A stretch of DNA of 64,000 nucleotides from Candidatus Bathyarchaeota archaeon (GCA_005882895.1 VBBD01000068.1:4626-68625), one strand, 5' to 3'. Positions 47,635 to 57,423 are shown, counted from the stretch's first letter. Numbers and translations: made by a program. Notes: generated by a model not told the origin, from the sequence alone.

Positions 47635-48783
47635 TTGAGCCGCGAGACCGCCTTTCAGGGGTTACAATGCACCGAATGCCACTCCTCCTATTCGAAAGGC
47701 AAAAATCTTCAGAAGTGTCCAAGGTGCGGTGGGCTGCTGGATACAATAATCAATCCAGAGATTCTCAGCGAGAAATCGAAAGGCGATATCGATCGTACTC
47801 GATCCATGTGGAAATTCAGAGACTTCCTTCCAGTTGATGCAACGGACAAGATTGTCTCTGCTGGAGAAGGGGATACTCCTCTCAGAAGGCTGAGCTCCAT
47901 CCAAGGAAACGTGTGGGTAAAAGATGAGACGAAAAACCCGACAGGGACGTTCAAGGACAGGGGCGCTTCTCTCGCAGTCACAGCTCTATCTCGGTTGGGT
48001 GTCAAGGATCTCGTCCTATCGTCCGAAGGCAACGCAGGATGCTCGTTCGCCCTCTACTCGCACATTGCAGATCTAGGTTGTCGCGTGCTTATGCCGAGGC
48101 AGGCGAACCCGGCAAAGGTCGAACTTTCCCGGAAACTCGGAGCAACGGTTACCCTTGTCGAGGGTACGATTGCAGACGCAGGGCGCAGAGCGGAAGCACT
48201 TGCCACGAAGGAAGGAAGTTACAATGCCTCGACCTTCGTCACGCCCTACCGCCACGACGGAAAAGGAACCATGGCCCTCGAGATTTGTGAACAGCTGGGC
48301 TGGAGGACCCCTGACTGGGTCGTATATCCGGTTGGCGGGGGCGTCGGCCTCGTTGGGATGTGGAAGATGTTCTCAATTCTGGAGAAGATCGGATGGGTCA
48401 AAAAGAGACCACGATTCGTTGCAGTCCAATCGGCAGGTTGCGCGCCAATCGTCAAAGCCCACAATTCTAAGAAGGAGGACGTTGAAGAATGGAGTGATCC
48501 CAAGACCATTGCTTTCGGGCTGAGAATCCCCAAGCCGCTCGCTGGAAAATGGATTCTCCGTTGCCTCAGAGAATCAGACGGAATCGCATTGTCGGTCACA
48601 GACGAGGAGATCCGAAAGTCTATGCGTCAAGCTCTCAAGGACGAGGGTCTTCTCCTCGAACCCTCAAGTGCCGCAACAATCGCTGCTCTTCCCCATTTGT
48701 ACAGCGAAAGGATGATCGATAGGTCAGATGAGGTCGTTCTCATAGCAACCGGGTCCGGGCTCAAGACCCTTGAGCAGTTGTAG
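47635..48783 (+). CDS. thrC: Threonine synthase
   Basis: N-terminal Zn ribbon, GEGDTPL, NPTGTFKDRG, SEGNAG, PVGGGVG, EPSSA, TGSGLK. Confidence 0.85.
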   Translation: MSRETAFQGLQCTECHSSYSKGKNLQKCPRCGGLLDTIINPEILSEKSKGDIDRTRSMWKFRDFLPVDATDKIVSAGEGDTPLRRLSSIQGNVWVKDETKNPTGTFKDRGASLAVTALSRLGVKDLVLSSEGNAGCSFALYSHIADLGCRVLMPRQANPAKVELSRKLGATVTLVEGTIADAGRRAEALATKEGSYNASTFVTPYRHDGKGTMALEICEQLGWRTPDWVVYPVGGGVGLVGMWKMFSILEKIGWVKKRPRFVAVQSAGCAPIVKAHNSKKEDVEEWSDPKTIAFGLRIPKPLAGKWILRCLRESDGIALSVTDEEIRKSMRQALKDEGLLLEPSSAATIAALPHLYSERMIDRSDEVVLIATGSGLKTLEQL

Positions 48784-48835
48784 GTACGATTTCCTATAGC
48801 CTGATAACGGTTCTCAATCGGGATGACTTCCAGGG

Positions 48836-49255
48836 TTACTTGATGAGCGCGGACAGTCTGTCAGTTAGGGTCCGTATTTTGTCAGAGTAGGATTCAATTT
48901 TCGACTTGTCGGTCTTGCTCAGGTCTTCGAAGTAGGAGACGTAGCCGCTTATCTCACCTAGCATATCGTCAACTGAGCGGGGACCGGCGAAATGGGACCC
49001 GAATGGCCACTCATCTTCGTTTCTTGTCTTTGCGGTAAGTTCGTACTTGCCATCTTCTCCTTTCTTAACGAGATCGTCTTTCACCATTTCGTCAAGCATC
49101 GGATAGACCGACCCTGGGGAGGGTCTCCACCATCCCTGTGTCATGTTCTCTATTTCGTCCATGATCTCCATCCCGGTCTTAGGGGCGCGTCTTAGGATCG
49201 TGAGAATCAAGGGTCTGAGCCCGCGTTTGCGGAAGTGTCCAAATCCACGAAACAT
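48836..49255 (-). CDS. PadR family transcriptional regulator
   Basis: RGLRPLIL, GWWRPSPGSVYPML, KYELT. Confidence 0.9.
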   Translation of the reverse strand: MFRGFGHFRKRGLRPLILTILRRAPKTGMEIMDEIENMTQGWWRPSPGSVYPMLDEMVKDDLVKKGEDGKYELTAKTRNEDEWPFGSHFAGPRSVDDMLGEISGYVSYFEDLSKTDKSKIESYSDKIRTLTDRLSALIK

Positions 49256-49259
49256 TCGA

Positions 49260-49300
49260 TATCGCTTTTCCGATATTGGATATCCGATACCAAATATAAG
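49260..49300 (-). promoter_or_regulatory. Tandem inverted repeats (TAT[C/T]G-N6-CGATA x2) and TATA box upstream of second padR
   Basis: tatcgcttttccgata (49260-49275), tattggatatccgata (49274-49289); CTTATATTT on the minus strand at 49292-49300. Confidence 0.55.
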
Positions 49301-49350
49301 GATTCCCTCTCTCTAGCCACGTCACGCGTAGAAGCAATAAGACGATCCGT

Positions 49351-49557
49351 AAATCGCCCGTTTCCAGCCCCAAATCAAGATCTGAACAGGCACATCCAGC
49401 AACAGGGATAATCCACGCTGTAAATGAGCATAATCTCCCACCGATCCAAACCCAGGCTGTGCCCTGATCCGCCCGTTTCGCCCATTATGCAAGCAAAACA
49501 GGAGGTGTTCCGGAAAAATAGGAGGTCTTAGCGACTGCCTCTCGCGTCGTATGAGTG
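49351..49557 (-). repeat. Dispersed ~207-bp non-coding element, copy B
   Basis: Reverse complement cactcatacgacgcgagaggcagtcgctaagacctcctatttttccggaa...cagcgtggattatccct...gtgcctgttca...ggggctg...ggcgattt matches 15256-15462. Confidence 0.85.
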
Positions 49558-49630
49558 GTCTTCCCGAGTCACAAGGCCGTCTGGAAAATCACGCTTATGT
49601 CCGAGTCGAGACACCTCTAGTCTTAGAGCT

Positions 49631-50164
49631 TTGACGGTCCAGATCGACGACGCCGGAGTCGGCGACCTTCTCTACGGAGTCGTGGTCGGAGCGCACCGGA
49701 AAGAAACTGGCGAGTTCCACTATGATATGATACCGGTTTCCTTTTTCCAGAGCCCTAATTTTGGACGGAAGATGTATCAGAAAAAAGCCACCGAGCTCAC
49801 ACTCCAGCTACTCTACCAGATGAAGCTGGGAGAGAATGAGGAGATCGAGATATGCAGTAGCTTCCTCTTCGACGAGACCAGACCCCATCTAGCCGAGAAA
49901 TACGGAAACACAAGAGTCAAGACCGCAGTGATTACTGGAGACGCCCAGAATAATGTGGAGACGGCTTACTTGGACGAGATCAGGAACCTAGGCTACGAGC
50001 CCATTCCTGAGCGGGACGACAAGCGTGCGAGGAGCTTCTTTCACATGCTAAGATGGGTCAAGAAAAACCCTGAACGGCTCAGATACGCGAAGACCGGCTG
50101 GCCGCGGCTTAGGAGATACATCAACCTGCCGCGAAAGCATGACGGTCCCCGCTCGACCCGTTAG
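49631..50164 (+). CDS. Hypothetical protein with RNase HII-like N-terminal motif
   Basis: VQIDDAGVGDLLYGVVVGA resembles the RNase HII GxDEAGRG..GP.VV motif. Confidence 0.65.
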   Translation: MTVQIDDAGVGDLLYGVVVGAHRKETGEFHYDMIPVSFFQSPNFGRKMYQKKATELTLQLLYQMKLGENEEIEICSSFLFDETRPHLAEKYGNTRVKTAVITGDAQNNVETAYLDEIRNLGYEPIPERDDKRARSFFHMLRWVKKNPERLRYAKTGWPRLRRYINLPRKHDGPRSTR

Positions 50165-50217
50165 GCCAACCGTGGACGAGAAACAGATAAGTCGCGTCCC
50201 GGGCCATCGCACTGGCT

Positions 50218-50532
50218 ATGAGCTTACTGGATATGATCACTGGCGAGATGCTTCTTGTTCCTGGCGTCGAGATGAAGGACCATGGAGACGAAGAGGTCGA
50301 GCTACATGTTCGCGGCAAATCCTTCGCACACATCCACAGCCCCGACCGGATAGAACTACGACTGCCACCAGACCTCAAAGAGGTCATGATCAGCCAGGGC
50401 ACAGTTTCCCGTAGCCCCGAGGTTCACGATCGGGAAGGGTGGGTTATCCTCAAACTAGGACCCAGACCAGATCTCCGCCGTATAATGAGGATTCTGCAGC
50501 AGTCCTACCAGTTTGCCTCCTCCACAATCTAG
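50218..50532 (+). CDS. DUF5519/luciferase-like family small protein
   Basis: GKSFAHIH, HDREGWV, ILQQSY. Confidence 0.7.
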   Translation: MSLLDMITGEMLLVPGVEMKDHGDEEVELHVRGKSFAHIHSPDRIELRLPPDLKEVMISQGTVSRSPEVHDREGWVILKLGPRPDLRRIMRILQQSYQFASSTI

Positions 50533-50575
50533 GCGTATCCATAGAAGCCTCCTCTCAACGCTTATACTGTGACTA

Positions 50576-52018
50576 ATGTCAGGCGAGATCATGCCGCTTG
50601 ACCGTGGAAAGGTCTTCGCCCACATCGACAAGAACCTCCCACAACACATAGCCAAACTCCAGGAGCTAATCCGCCAACCCTCCATCTCCCCAGAGAACAA
50701 GGGAGTGAGAGAGTGCGCGAACCTCATCCTCAGCTATCTCACGAGTCTCGGTGTCAAAGCAAGCCTGGAGGAGACCAGTGGAAATCCAGTAGTCTACGGC
50801 AGTTATGATGCAGGAGCAGACAAGACAATCGTTGTCTACATGATGTACGATACGATGCCAGTTGACGAGCCCGGCTGGCGCGTAGACCCGCTGGCAGGAA
50901 TGCTGACCGATGTTCCTCCGTTCGGCCGATGCCTTGTTGCGAGAGGATCGTTCAACACGAAGGGAGAACTGCGCGGGTTCCTGAACGCTTGCGAGTCTAT
51001 CAAAGCCACACGACAAAAGCTCCCTGTAAACCTTCTATTCGTTGTCGAGGGAGAGGAAGAACTCGGAAGCCGCCACCTCCCCGAGTTCATTTCGAGACAC
51101 GAAAAAGACTTGCAAGCAGCCAAAGCTGTCTTCTTTCCCTTCTGCTCACAAGACCGAACCGGAAAAGTGGTAATGTATCTCGGCGTCAAGGGAATCGTAT
51201 ACTTCGAACTCGAACTCGACGGAGCCACTTGGGGAAAAGGTCCAAAGGAGTTTGGAATACATGGAAGCAACAAGAGCTGGGTTGACAGCCCGGTCTGGAG
51301 AATGATCCAGGCACTATCCACGATGACGGGTCCTGATGGCAACAAGGTAACCATCCAGGACTTTTACCGTCACGCCCAGGTTCCCAACAAGGAAGACCGT
51401 GAACTCCTACCGAAGCTGGAGAAGACCTTCAACGATGCCGCCGTCAGGGAGGAGATGAAAGTCGACAGGTTCATCGGCGACACCCACGGGATTGAAGCGT
51501 TGAAGAAGTATCTTTTTGATCCCACCCTCAACATAAACGGCATAGCAAGCGGCTACACAGGACCAGAGACAAAGACTCTGCTCCCGCACAAGATTACGGT
51601 CAAGATGGATGTTCGCCTGGTTCCGAACATGAGGAAAGATGACGTGATGCCGATGATCAGAAACCATCTGGACCAGTACGGCTTCAAGGATATCCAGATA
51701 CGCGTAGTCGAATCAGGGTATGGATCGTCGCGGACAAGCTATCAGAGCCCACCTGCCCAAGCCGTAATCAAGTCCTACAAGGAGCTGGGAAAAGATCCCG
51801 AGCTATGGCCCACGATTGCGGGCAGCGCCCCCTTTGCAATGTTCAACAGAAAACCCCTCAACCTCCCAGTAGTGATCGGAGGACTCGGCCACGGAGCCCT
51901 GTCACACTCGCCGAACGAGTACATCGTCATAGACGAAAAGGGGCCGACCGGCGGCTTGGCTTCGATGGAGAAATCCTTCGTTACGATTCTGGACAATTTT
52001 AGCAAGATGCCAAGCTAG
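50576..52018 (+). CDS. M20/ArgE-DapE family metallopeptidase
   Basis: YMMYDTMP (His replaced by Met), ARGSFNTKG, EGEEELGS, HSPNE. Confidence 0.88.
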   Translation: MSGEIMPLDRGKVFAHIDKNLPQHIAKLQELIRQPSISPENKGVRECANLILSYLTSLGVKASLEETSGNPVVYGSYDAGADKTIVVYMMYDTMPVDEPGWRVDPLAGMLTDVPPFGRCLVARGSFNTKGELRGFLNACESIKATRQKLPVNLLFVVEGEEELGSRHLPEFISRHEKDLQAAKAVFFPFCSQDRTGKVVMYLGVKGIVYFELELDGATWGKGPKEFGIHGSNKSWVDSPVWRMIQALSTMTGPDGNKVTIQDFYRHAQVPNKEDRELLPKLEKTFNDAAVREEMKVDRFIGDTHGIEALKKYLFDPTLNINGIASGYTGPETKTLLPHKITVKMDVRLVPNMRKDDVMPMIRNHLDQYGFKDIQIRVVESGYGSSRTSYQSPPAQAVIKSYKELGKDPELWPTIAGSAPFAMFNRKPLNLPVVIGGLGHGALSHSPNEYIVIDEKGPTGGLASMEKSFVTILDNFSKMPS

Positions 52019-52258
52019 TAGATTCGTATCGTTCTTGCAGGAGGACTGCTTCCCCGCTTCCCGGGCTAATGTTTGCTTTTGAAAGGGTTGCTTATTTTTC
52101 GACTCGAACCAGTGCGCTTTCTAGACCTGTTCGTCTTTTTCTGTCGAGTCCTAATACGAAAAGTCCTTGACTGACGCGGCAACCCTGTTCAATATGGTCC
52201 GCCGTCGGGACTGGTATATCTACGTTGGATCTGGGATCGGATCAGCCGAAGTTTGCAC

Positions 52259-52456
52259 TCAGGCTATCTGCGGAGCTTGTTGATCCAATGTCGGTTTTGC
52301 TGCATGATCCGGACCTGTTTTCGGCTCCTTCCACGTTGAGCCGCAGACGTGACAGTTGTGAACTCTGAAGTCGTCTCTGTCGTCCCAGCCGGCATAGATG
52401 CAGGGCCCGATTTGCCCACAGACAGGACAGACGTGCCTGTCTCCTTGAACCGCCAT
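52259..52456 (-). CDS. Small Zn-ribbon protein
   Basis: HVCPVCG..GPC...HNCHVCGSTWKE; paralog at 63479-63649. Confidence 0.7.
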   Translation of the reverse strand: MAVQGDRHVCPVCGQIGPCIYAGWDDRDDFRVHNCHVCGSTWKEPKTGPDHAAKPTLDQQAPQIA

Positions 52457-52589
52457 CAGGCCTTACACTTGTCTTCCAGCTATTTGAACAAGGAGGTCAA
52501 AGTCTGAGTAGACCCATAATTCCCTACTTTGTTATCAATATCATCGGTAACCTTCTTAGCTTGAGAGATAACCGGGTGAGGAGACGAAC

Positions 52590-52985
52590 TTGGAACTAGG
52601 ACCAGAAGCCGAAGAAGAAGAAATCGATGTAATATGGGACGAGAACGGGACGGCTAGGTACAGACTCCTGAAGGACCATAGAATCGTTGACTTCGATGGC
52701 CACAACATCGCCTGGATGGACGAAGACGGATTCATCTACGACTACACCGGACACTACAAGGCCTTCTACGAGAACGGCATCCTGCGAGATCAGGAAGGGG
52801 CAGTCATCGGACAAGGTCAAGACCCGGCAGGACCCAAGCCGGTTCTGCCAAACAAGGGCTTGATTCCGGAGGCATCTAGACCGGAGAAACCTCCTACTAA
52901 GCCCAAGGTGAAAAAGGACAAGGATTCTCCGAAGAAACCCGTGGCCTCACTCCTCTGGTCTAAGAAAATGCTCGAAGAGTTATAG
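52590..52985 (+). CDS. 4-fold beta-flower-like domain protein
   Basis: Repeated [IV]xDxxG motifs (IWDENG, VDFDG, IYDYTG, LRDQEG) and a Pro-rich tail. Confidence 0.7.
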   Translation: MELGPEAEEEEIDVIWDENGTARYRLLKDHRIVDFDGHNIAWMDEDGFIYDYTGHYKAFYENGILRDQEGAVIGQGQDPAGPKPVLPNKGLIPEASRPEKPPTKPKVKKDKDSPKKPVASLLWSKKMLEEL

Positions 52986-53126
52986 TGCATCCGAAACCAA
53001 CCTCTATCTAGTCTATCCCTGCAGCCCTCAGAACAGCTTGGAACAATCAACCTGCACAGCCAGAGACTTTCCAACTCCACGGACATTCCCTAAACTCGAA
53101 AGGATCTTTCTGGATTCTTCTCCAAG

Positions 53127-54410
53127 TTGACGCTGAACTATGTCTCAATAGCGATTTTCGTAGTCGTATACACTCTGATTATTCTTAGAAATCTCCGATG
53201 GTTCCATGTTCCGGTCTGGACCATAATGATGGCCGGAGCAGTAGCCATGCTCTTCCTCGGGGCTATTCCTTTGAGAGACGCTTACGCCGCGATCAATCTC
53301 GACGTGATCTTCTTCCTACTCGGGATGTTTTCGGTGGTTGCTGCGATGGATATCTCCGGGCTCTTGGAGTACCTTACTTTGAGACTGCTTCAACTGGCAA
53401 AGTCGCCTCAGAGAGCTTTCGTCTTGGTTCTGGTCGGGATGAGCATGATGGCGGCGTTCTTGGTGAATGATACATTGGCTCTCATGGCCACTCCAATCGT
53501 GTTGAGTGTTGCCAAGCAGCTGCGCGTCAGACCCGGAGTCTTTCTGGTCACCCTCGCCTTAGGAGTGACCGTCGGTAGCACGATGACGGCGATCGGTAAT
53601 CCGCAGAACCTACTGATCGCTCTATCGACAGGTATTCCGAACCCAGTGTTCGACTTTCTCTACTATCTTCTCCCTCCAACACTAGTAGGGCTGGGAGTAA
53701 CCTATCTGATCCTCAAATGGTACTACCGGAGAGAATTCGCAAACTCGAAACTCGCAGAACTACACGTTATTCCGAAGGAAGCAATCAAAGATCGAAAGCT
53801 AGCGAAGCTCTCTGGCTCGGCTGCTGGAATAGTTGTGCTAGGTTTCTTCCTCGTCGGAATCGCCGAACTGTTTGGGATCCAGGGAAACTTCAACCTCGGA
53901 ACAATCTCTCTCCTGGGCGCAACAATCGTTTTTCTAGGTAGCGGAAGACGGAGAGAGATTCTCCGATCTGTCGACTGGGGAATAATCATCTTCTTCATCT
54001 CACTCTTCATCGTCATGCAAGCATTCTGGGAGTCAAAAGCTCTCCAGAGCCTCATGATCTACTTGCCAGTTCTCAACAGGTCTGACCCCGGGCTCTCGCT
54101 CGTAACGATAATCTTGGCCAGCGCATTCTTCAGCCAGCTCTTGAGCAATGTTCCCTTTGTCGCGGTTTACATCAAGGCGATGCAGGCGGCAGGCTTCACA
54201 GGGGCTGATGTCAAGGCATGGATGGCTCTAGCCGGTGCCAGCACACTCGCTGGAGGTATCAGTCTCTTGGGCGCGGCCAGTAACGTCATTGTACTAGAAG
54301 AGGCCGAGAGCCGTGGGTCAGGATTTGGATTCATCGAGTTCTCAAAGATCGGGCTTCTTGTGACGATTCCTAATCTTCTCATCTTGTACCTGTTTCTGCG
54401 AGTGCTATAG
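53127..54410 (+). CDS. ArsB/NhaD (SLC13-like) anion permease
   Basis: AFLVNDT, TAIGNPQN, LLSNVP, GAASNVI. Confidence 0.9.
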   Translation: MTLNYVSIAIFVVVYTLIILRNLRWFHVPVWTIMMAGAVAMLFLGAIPLRDAYAAINLDVIFFLLGMFSVVAAMDISGLLEYLTLRLLQLAKSPQRAFVLVLVGMSMMAAFLVNDTLALMATPIVLSVAKQLRVRPGVFLVTLALGVTVGSTMTAIGNPQNLLIALSTGIPNPVFDFLYYLLPPTLVGLGVTYLILKWYYRREFANSKLAELHVIPKEAIKDRKLAKLSGSAAGIVVLGFFLVGIAELFGIQGNFNLGTISLLGATIVFLGSGRRREILRSVDWGIIIFFISLFIVMQAFWESKALQSLMIYLPVLNRSDPGLSLVTIILASAFFSQLLSNVPFVAVYIKAMQAAGFTGADVKAWMALAGASTLAGGISLLGAASNVIVLEEAESRGSGFGFIEFSKIGLLVTIPNLLILYLFLRVL

Positions 54411-54562
54411 CTCGAAATCACACACTCTCAGACACTCAAAGATCAATTGGACAAACAGGCTCGATTTGACACCTTTCTGGCTGTTCAAATCGTTGTATCA
54501 TATACCCAGCCCTCTCAAACCGGGGATTCAACTCCAAGAAAAGGGAGAAAGGAAAAACAAGA

Positions 54563-55051
54563 ATGGATTCATCAGCCAAACGCAAAGTGGGTGCCATCGC
54601 CCTGATCGTTGCAGGAATCGGCGCTTTTCTCGTGCCCTTCCTTCTTCACAGCCCTGCGCTACAGGCCTCTAGCAACAACAATAACAACAATGGCAGAACG
54701 CCGACAAGCACAAGTTGTACAAGTAACTGCACTCCCTCCGGGGACACCAACCCGACAACGTGCAGTTCTGACTCAACGAGCACTGACCCGAGTAGCCATA
54801 GTAACGAAGGTAAGCATCTTGCAAAGGGACATGACAAGCAGGACACGTCAATAGTGGGCAAAGCACACGGGTTCATGGCCGCTCTGGCCAAGCATAACCC
54901 GCAGCATGATGCAACTCACTCCACCAAGATCGACAACGACACTACAAACACTCACGGGCTTCACTCCAATGGCCACGACACCGACGACACTAATGCTTGC
55001 GCCGACGACAAAGACAACGACAATTCCGATGACCAAGGCAACGACGATTAG
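54563..55051 (+). CDS. Membrane-anchored low-complexity His/Asp/Thr-rich protein
   Basis: N-terminal TM helix, poly-Asn, GKHLAKGH/GKAHG/HGLH, acidic C-terminal tail. Confidence 0.7.
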   Translation: MDSSAKRKVGAIALIVAGIGAFLVPFLLHSPALQASSNNNNNNGRTPTSTSCTSNCTPSGDTNPTTCSSDSTSTDPSSHSNEGKHLAKGHDKQDTSIVGKAHGFMAALAKHNPQHDATHSTKIDNDTTNTHGLHSNGHDTDDTNACADDKDNDNSDDQGNDD

Positions 55052-55180
55052 TGGGCCTAGAAAACACTCCTAGGCTCCCCAACTTTATTTTTAGAACTCA
55101 CCAGACCCTCTTGTTCTTTCAGGACCTGGTCTTCGAGCCCGAAGTGCTGTAAAGTTTAGAAACATCCATCATATTCTCGC

Positions 55181-55672
55181 TTGACTCGACTGACAATGGT
55201 CAACCAGGGCGAAAAAGCTCCGAACTTCACGCTTCCTGACACTGACCGAAAACCTCGCAGCGTTCAGGAGTTTCTGAAACCCAACGGCGCAACCCTGCTG
55301 GCTTTCTTCCCGGGAGCATTCACCACCGTATGCACCCGTGAAATGTGCACCTTGCGGGACAACATGCAAGAACTGAACAAGATCAATGCGCAGGTCGTGG
55401 GAATAAGCGTCAACGATCCATTTACGAACAAGGCGTTCGCGCAGAACAACAATCTCAACTTTCCAATTCTCAGCGACTACAGCAGAGAAGTTGTGAAACT
55501 GTACAACGTCTACCACGAAAACTTTGGCAACCTCAAGGGTTACACGGTTGCAAAGAGAGCTGTCTTCATACTAGATCACAATGGAGTCGTTGTCTACAAA
55601 TGGGTCACCGACGACCCCTCCAAGGAACCGAACTACGACGAGCTAAAGAAAGCGGCCGCAAAAACGACTTAA
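55181..55672 (+). CDS. Peroxiredoxin (AhpC/TSA, BCP-like)
   Basis: APNFTL, FFPGAFTTVCTREMC, FPILSD, RAVFILD. Confidence 0.92.
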   Translation: MTRLTMVNQGEKAPNFTLPDTDRKPRSVQEFLKPNGATLLAFFPGAFTTVCTREMCTLRDNMQELNKINAQVVGISVNDPFTNKAFAQNNNLNFPILSDYSREVVKLYNVYHENFGNLKGYTVAKRAVFILDHNGVVVYKWVTDDPSKEPNYDELKKAAAKTT

Positions 55673-55711
55673 GACAATCTCTCACGACAGTTGGATCAAG
55701 CCGGGCTTTTT

Positions 55712-56437
55712 TCAAGCTAACGATTCTAGAATCTTCAACGCCCTAGCGGCGTTGTCTCCGTTCTCGTCGTGGCGGAGGTAGACGTAGACAGACTCTCTTC
55801 CCTTACTCGTTTCTTTGATCTTCCCGGTCCAGTCGTCAATCATTTTCGCATCGTATGATTCTCTTCGGAGTCTGAAATATGGCGTTTTTCCAGTCACTTT
55901 GAAGACCGGTTTCATGTCCTCTGTTTCTGCGATGCAAAAGTCAGCATCGTGCTTCTCTAGAGTAGAGTAAGTTGGATCGTTCAACCAAGATTCGTGTCTG
56001 AACTCGAACACTCTTCCTCCGATCTTGGAAGTGCTCGTGAGGAAGTCTTCAAGGAGTCTCAAGTCCTGTTTCGAGTAGGGTGGAAGCTGAAAGAGAACAG
56101 GGCCATTCTTCTCTCCAAGAGATCTCAATGTGATTCCAAGTCTCTCGGTAGCTTCGACCGATCCCTTCCCGAGTTTCAGAATGTGAGTAATCTGTCTAGG
56201 TGCTTTGAACGAGAACCTGAAATTGTCGCCGGTCTTGCTGGCCCATGATTTTACCATTGCGAGGCTAGGAGGGGCGTAGAAGGAGCTGTTGATCTCTACA
56301 GTGTTGAGCCGTTGAGAATAATAGGACAGGAATTCCTCATTCTTCAGGTTCTCAGGGTAGAAGTTTCCTTTCCATCCAGCGTAACTGAACCCTGAGACGC
56401 CTACCATTGCTCTTGTCTTCAATCCGCCCCGGTCCAT
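55712..56437 (-). CDS. DUF72 family protein
   Basis: GFSYAGWKGNFYP, VEINSSFY, FQLPP, FEFRHESW. Confidence 0.9.
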   Translation of the reverse strand: MDRGGLKTRAMVGVSGFSYAGWKGNFYPENLKNEEFLSYYSQRLNTVEINSSFYAPPSLAMVKSWASKTGDNFRFSFKAPRQITHILKLGKGSVEATERLGITLRSLGEKNGPVLFQLPPYSKQDLRLLEDFLTSTSKIGGRVFEFRHESWLNDPTYSTLEKHDADFCIAETEDMKPVFKVTGKTPYFRLRRESYDAKMIDDWTGKIKETSKGRESVYVYLRHDENGDNAARALKILESLA

Positions 56438-56489
56438 ATGGAATCAAAGCCGGAAAGGTTTCTAAGGCCTTCCTCATGCCGATTCGACT

Positions 56490-57050
56490 ATGCCTACCTC
56501 ACCGACAACCCTAGACTCAGTAGGACTTCCACTGGGTTCATCCGCGGTCGATTTTCAATTAAAAGGAGTCGACGGCAAGACTCACAGTCTGAAAAGCTTC
56601 TCAGACAAGAAAGCTGTGGTGGTTATTTTCAGTTGTAATCACTGCCCCTACGTCCAAGCCTATGAAGACCGCATGGTTCAGATCCAGAAGGATTACTCAG
56701 CGAAAGGAGTTACCCTCGTGGCGATAAACAGCAACGACGACAGCGGCTACCCAGAAGACAGCTATCCAAACATGATCAAGAGAGCCAAGGAACGCAGCTT
56801 CAACTTTCCATACCTGAGAGATGAAACGCAGGAGATCGCCAAGAAATATGGCGCCATATGTACGCCACATGTTTTCGCGTTTGACCAGCAACGCCGACTT
56901 CAATACAAGGGTAGAATCGACGACAACCGAAACCCTGAATCAGTGAAAACCAAAGATCTCAGAGTCGCGTTAGACGCGATCCTCGCAGACCACAAGCCCT
57001 CCGTTCAAGAGACAAGGCCCTTCGGTTGCTCGGTTAAGTGGAAAAACTGA
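56490..57050 (+). CDS. Thioredoxin-family (AhpC/TSA) protein
   Basis: SCNHCPYV, AINSND, FPYLRDETQ, YKGRIDD, GCSVKW. Confidence 0.9.
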   Translation: MPTSPTTLDSVGLPLGSSAVDFQLKGVDGKTHSLKSFSDKKAVVVIFSCNHCPYVQAYEDRMVQIQKDYSAKGVTLVAINSNDDSGYPEDSYPNMIKRAKERSFNFPYLRDETQEIAKKYGAICTPHVFAFDQQRRLQYKGRIDDNRNPESVKTKDLRVALDAILADHKPSVQETRPFGCSVKWKN

Positions 57051-57120
57051 ATCGTCGCGGAATAACGTCTCCGCATTTTGGCCTTTAATATCACCGCTAT
57101 TCTCTAGTAGGAATGATAGT

Positions 57121-57423
57121 ATGGGTAAGCGAAAGGTCCTCAGCGAGGCCAACCTCAGCGAGATGCTCACACCGGGTCCTGGCCAGCTTTACGGGACCGT
57201 CAAAAATCTCCTTGGCTACGACAGGGTACTGGTCGAGTGCGCAGATGGCGTCACCCGGGTATGTCGAATTCGGGGAAAAATGAAACGTCGAGTCTGGATC
57301 AAGATGGGCGATACCGTCCTAGTCGCTCCTTGGGACTTCCAGCCAGAGCGCGGTGACATCATGTTCCGGTACACTCAGGGACAGGTCGAATCTCTTCGTA
57401 GGTCGGGCCAACTCAAAGTATAG
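57121..57423 (+). CDS. eif1a: Translation initiation factor aIF-1A
   Basis: CADGVTRVCRIRGKMKRRVWIKMGDTVLVAPWDFQ...RY. Confidence 0.95.
   Translation: MGKRKVLSEANLSEMLTPGPGQLYGTVKNLLGYDRVLVECADGVTRVCRIRGKMKRRVWIKMGDTVLVAPWDFQPERGDIMFRYTQGQVESLRRSGQLKV

Noticed and set aside
54673..54691. AAC microsatellite
   Set aside because: It simply encodes the poly-Asn tract of the low-complexity protein.
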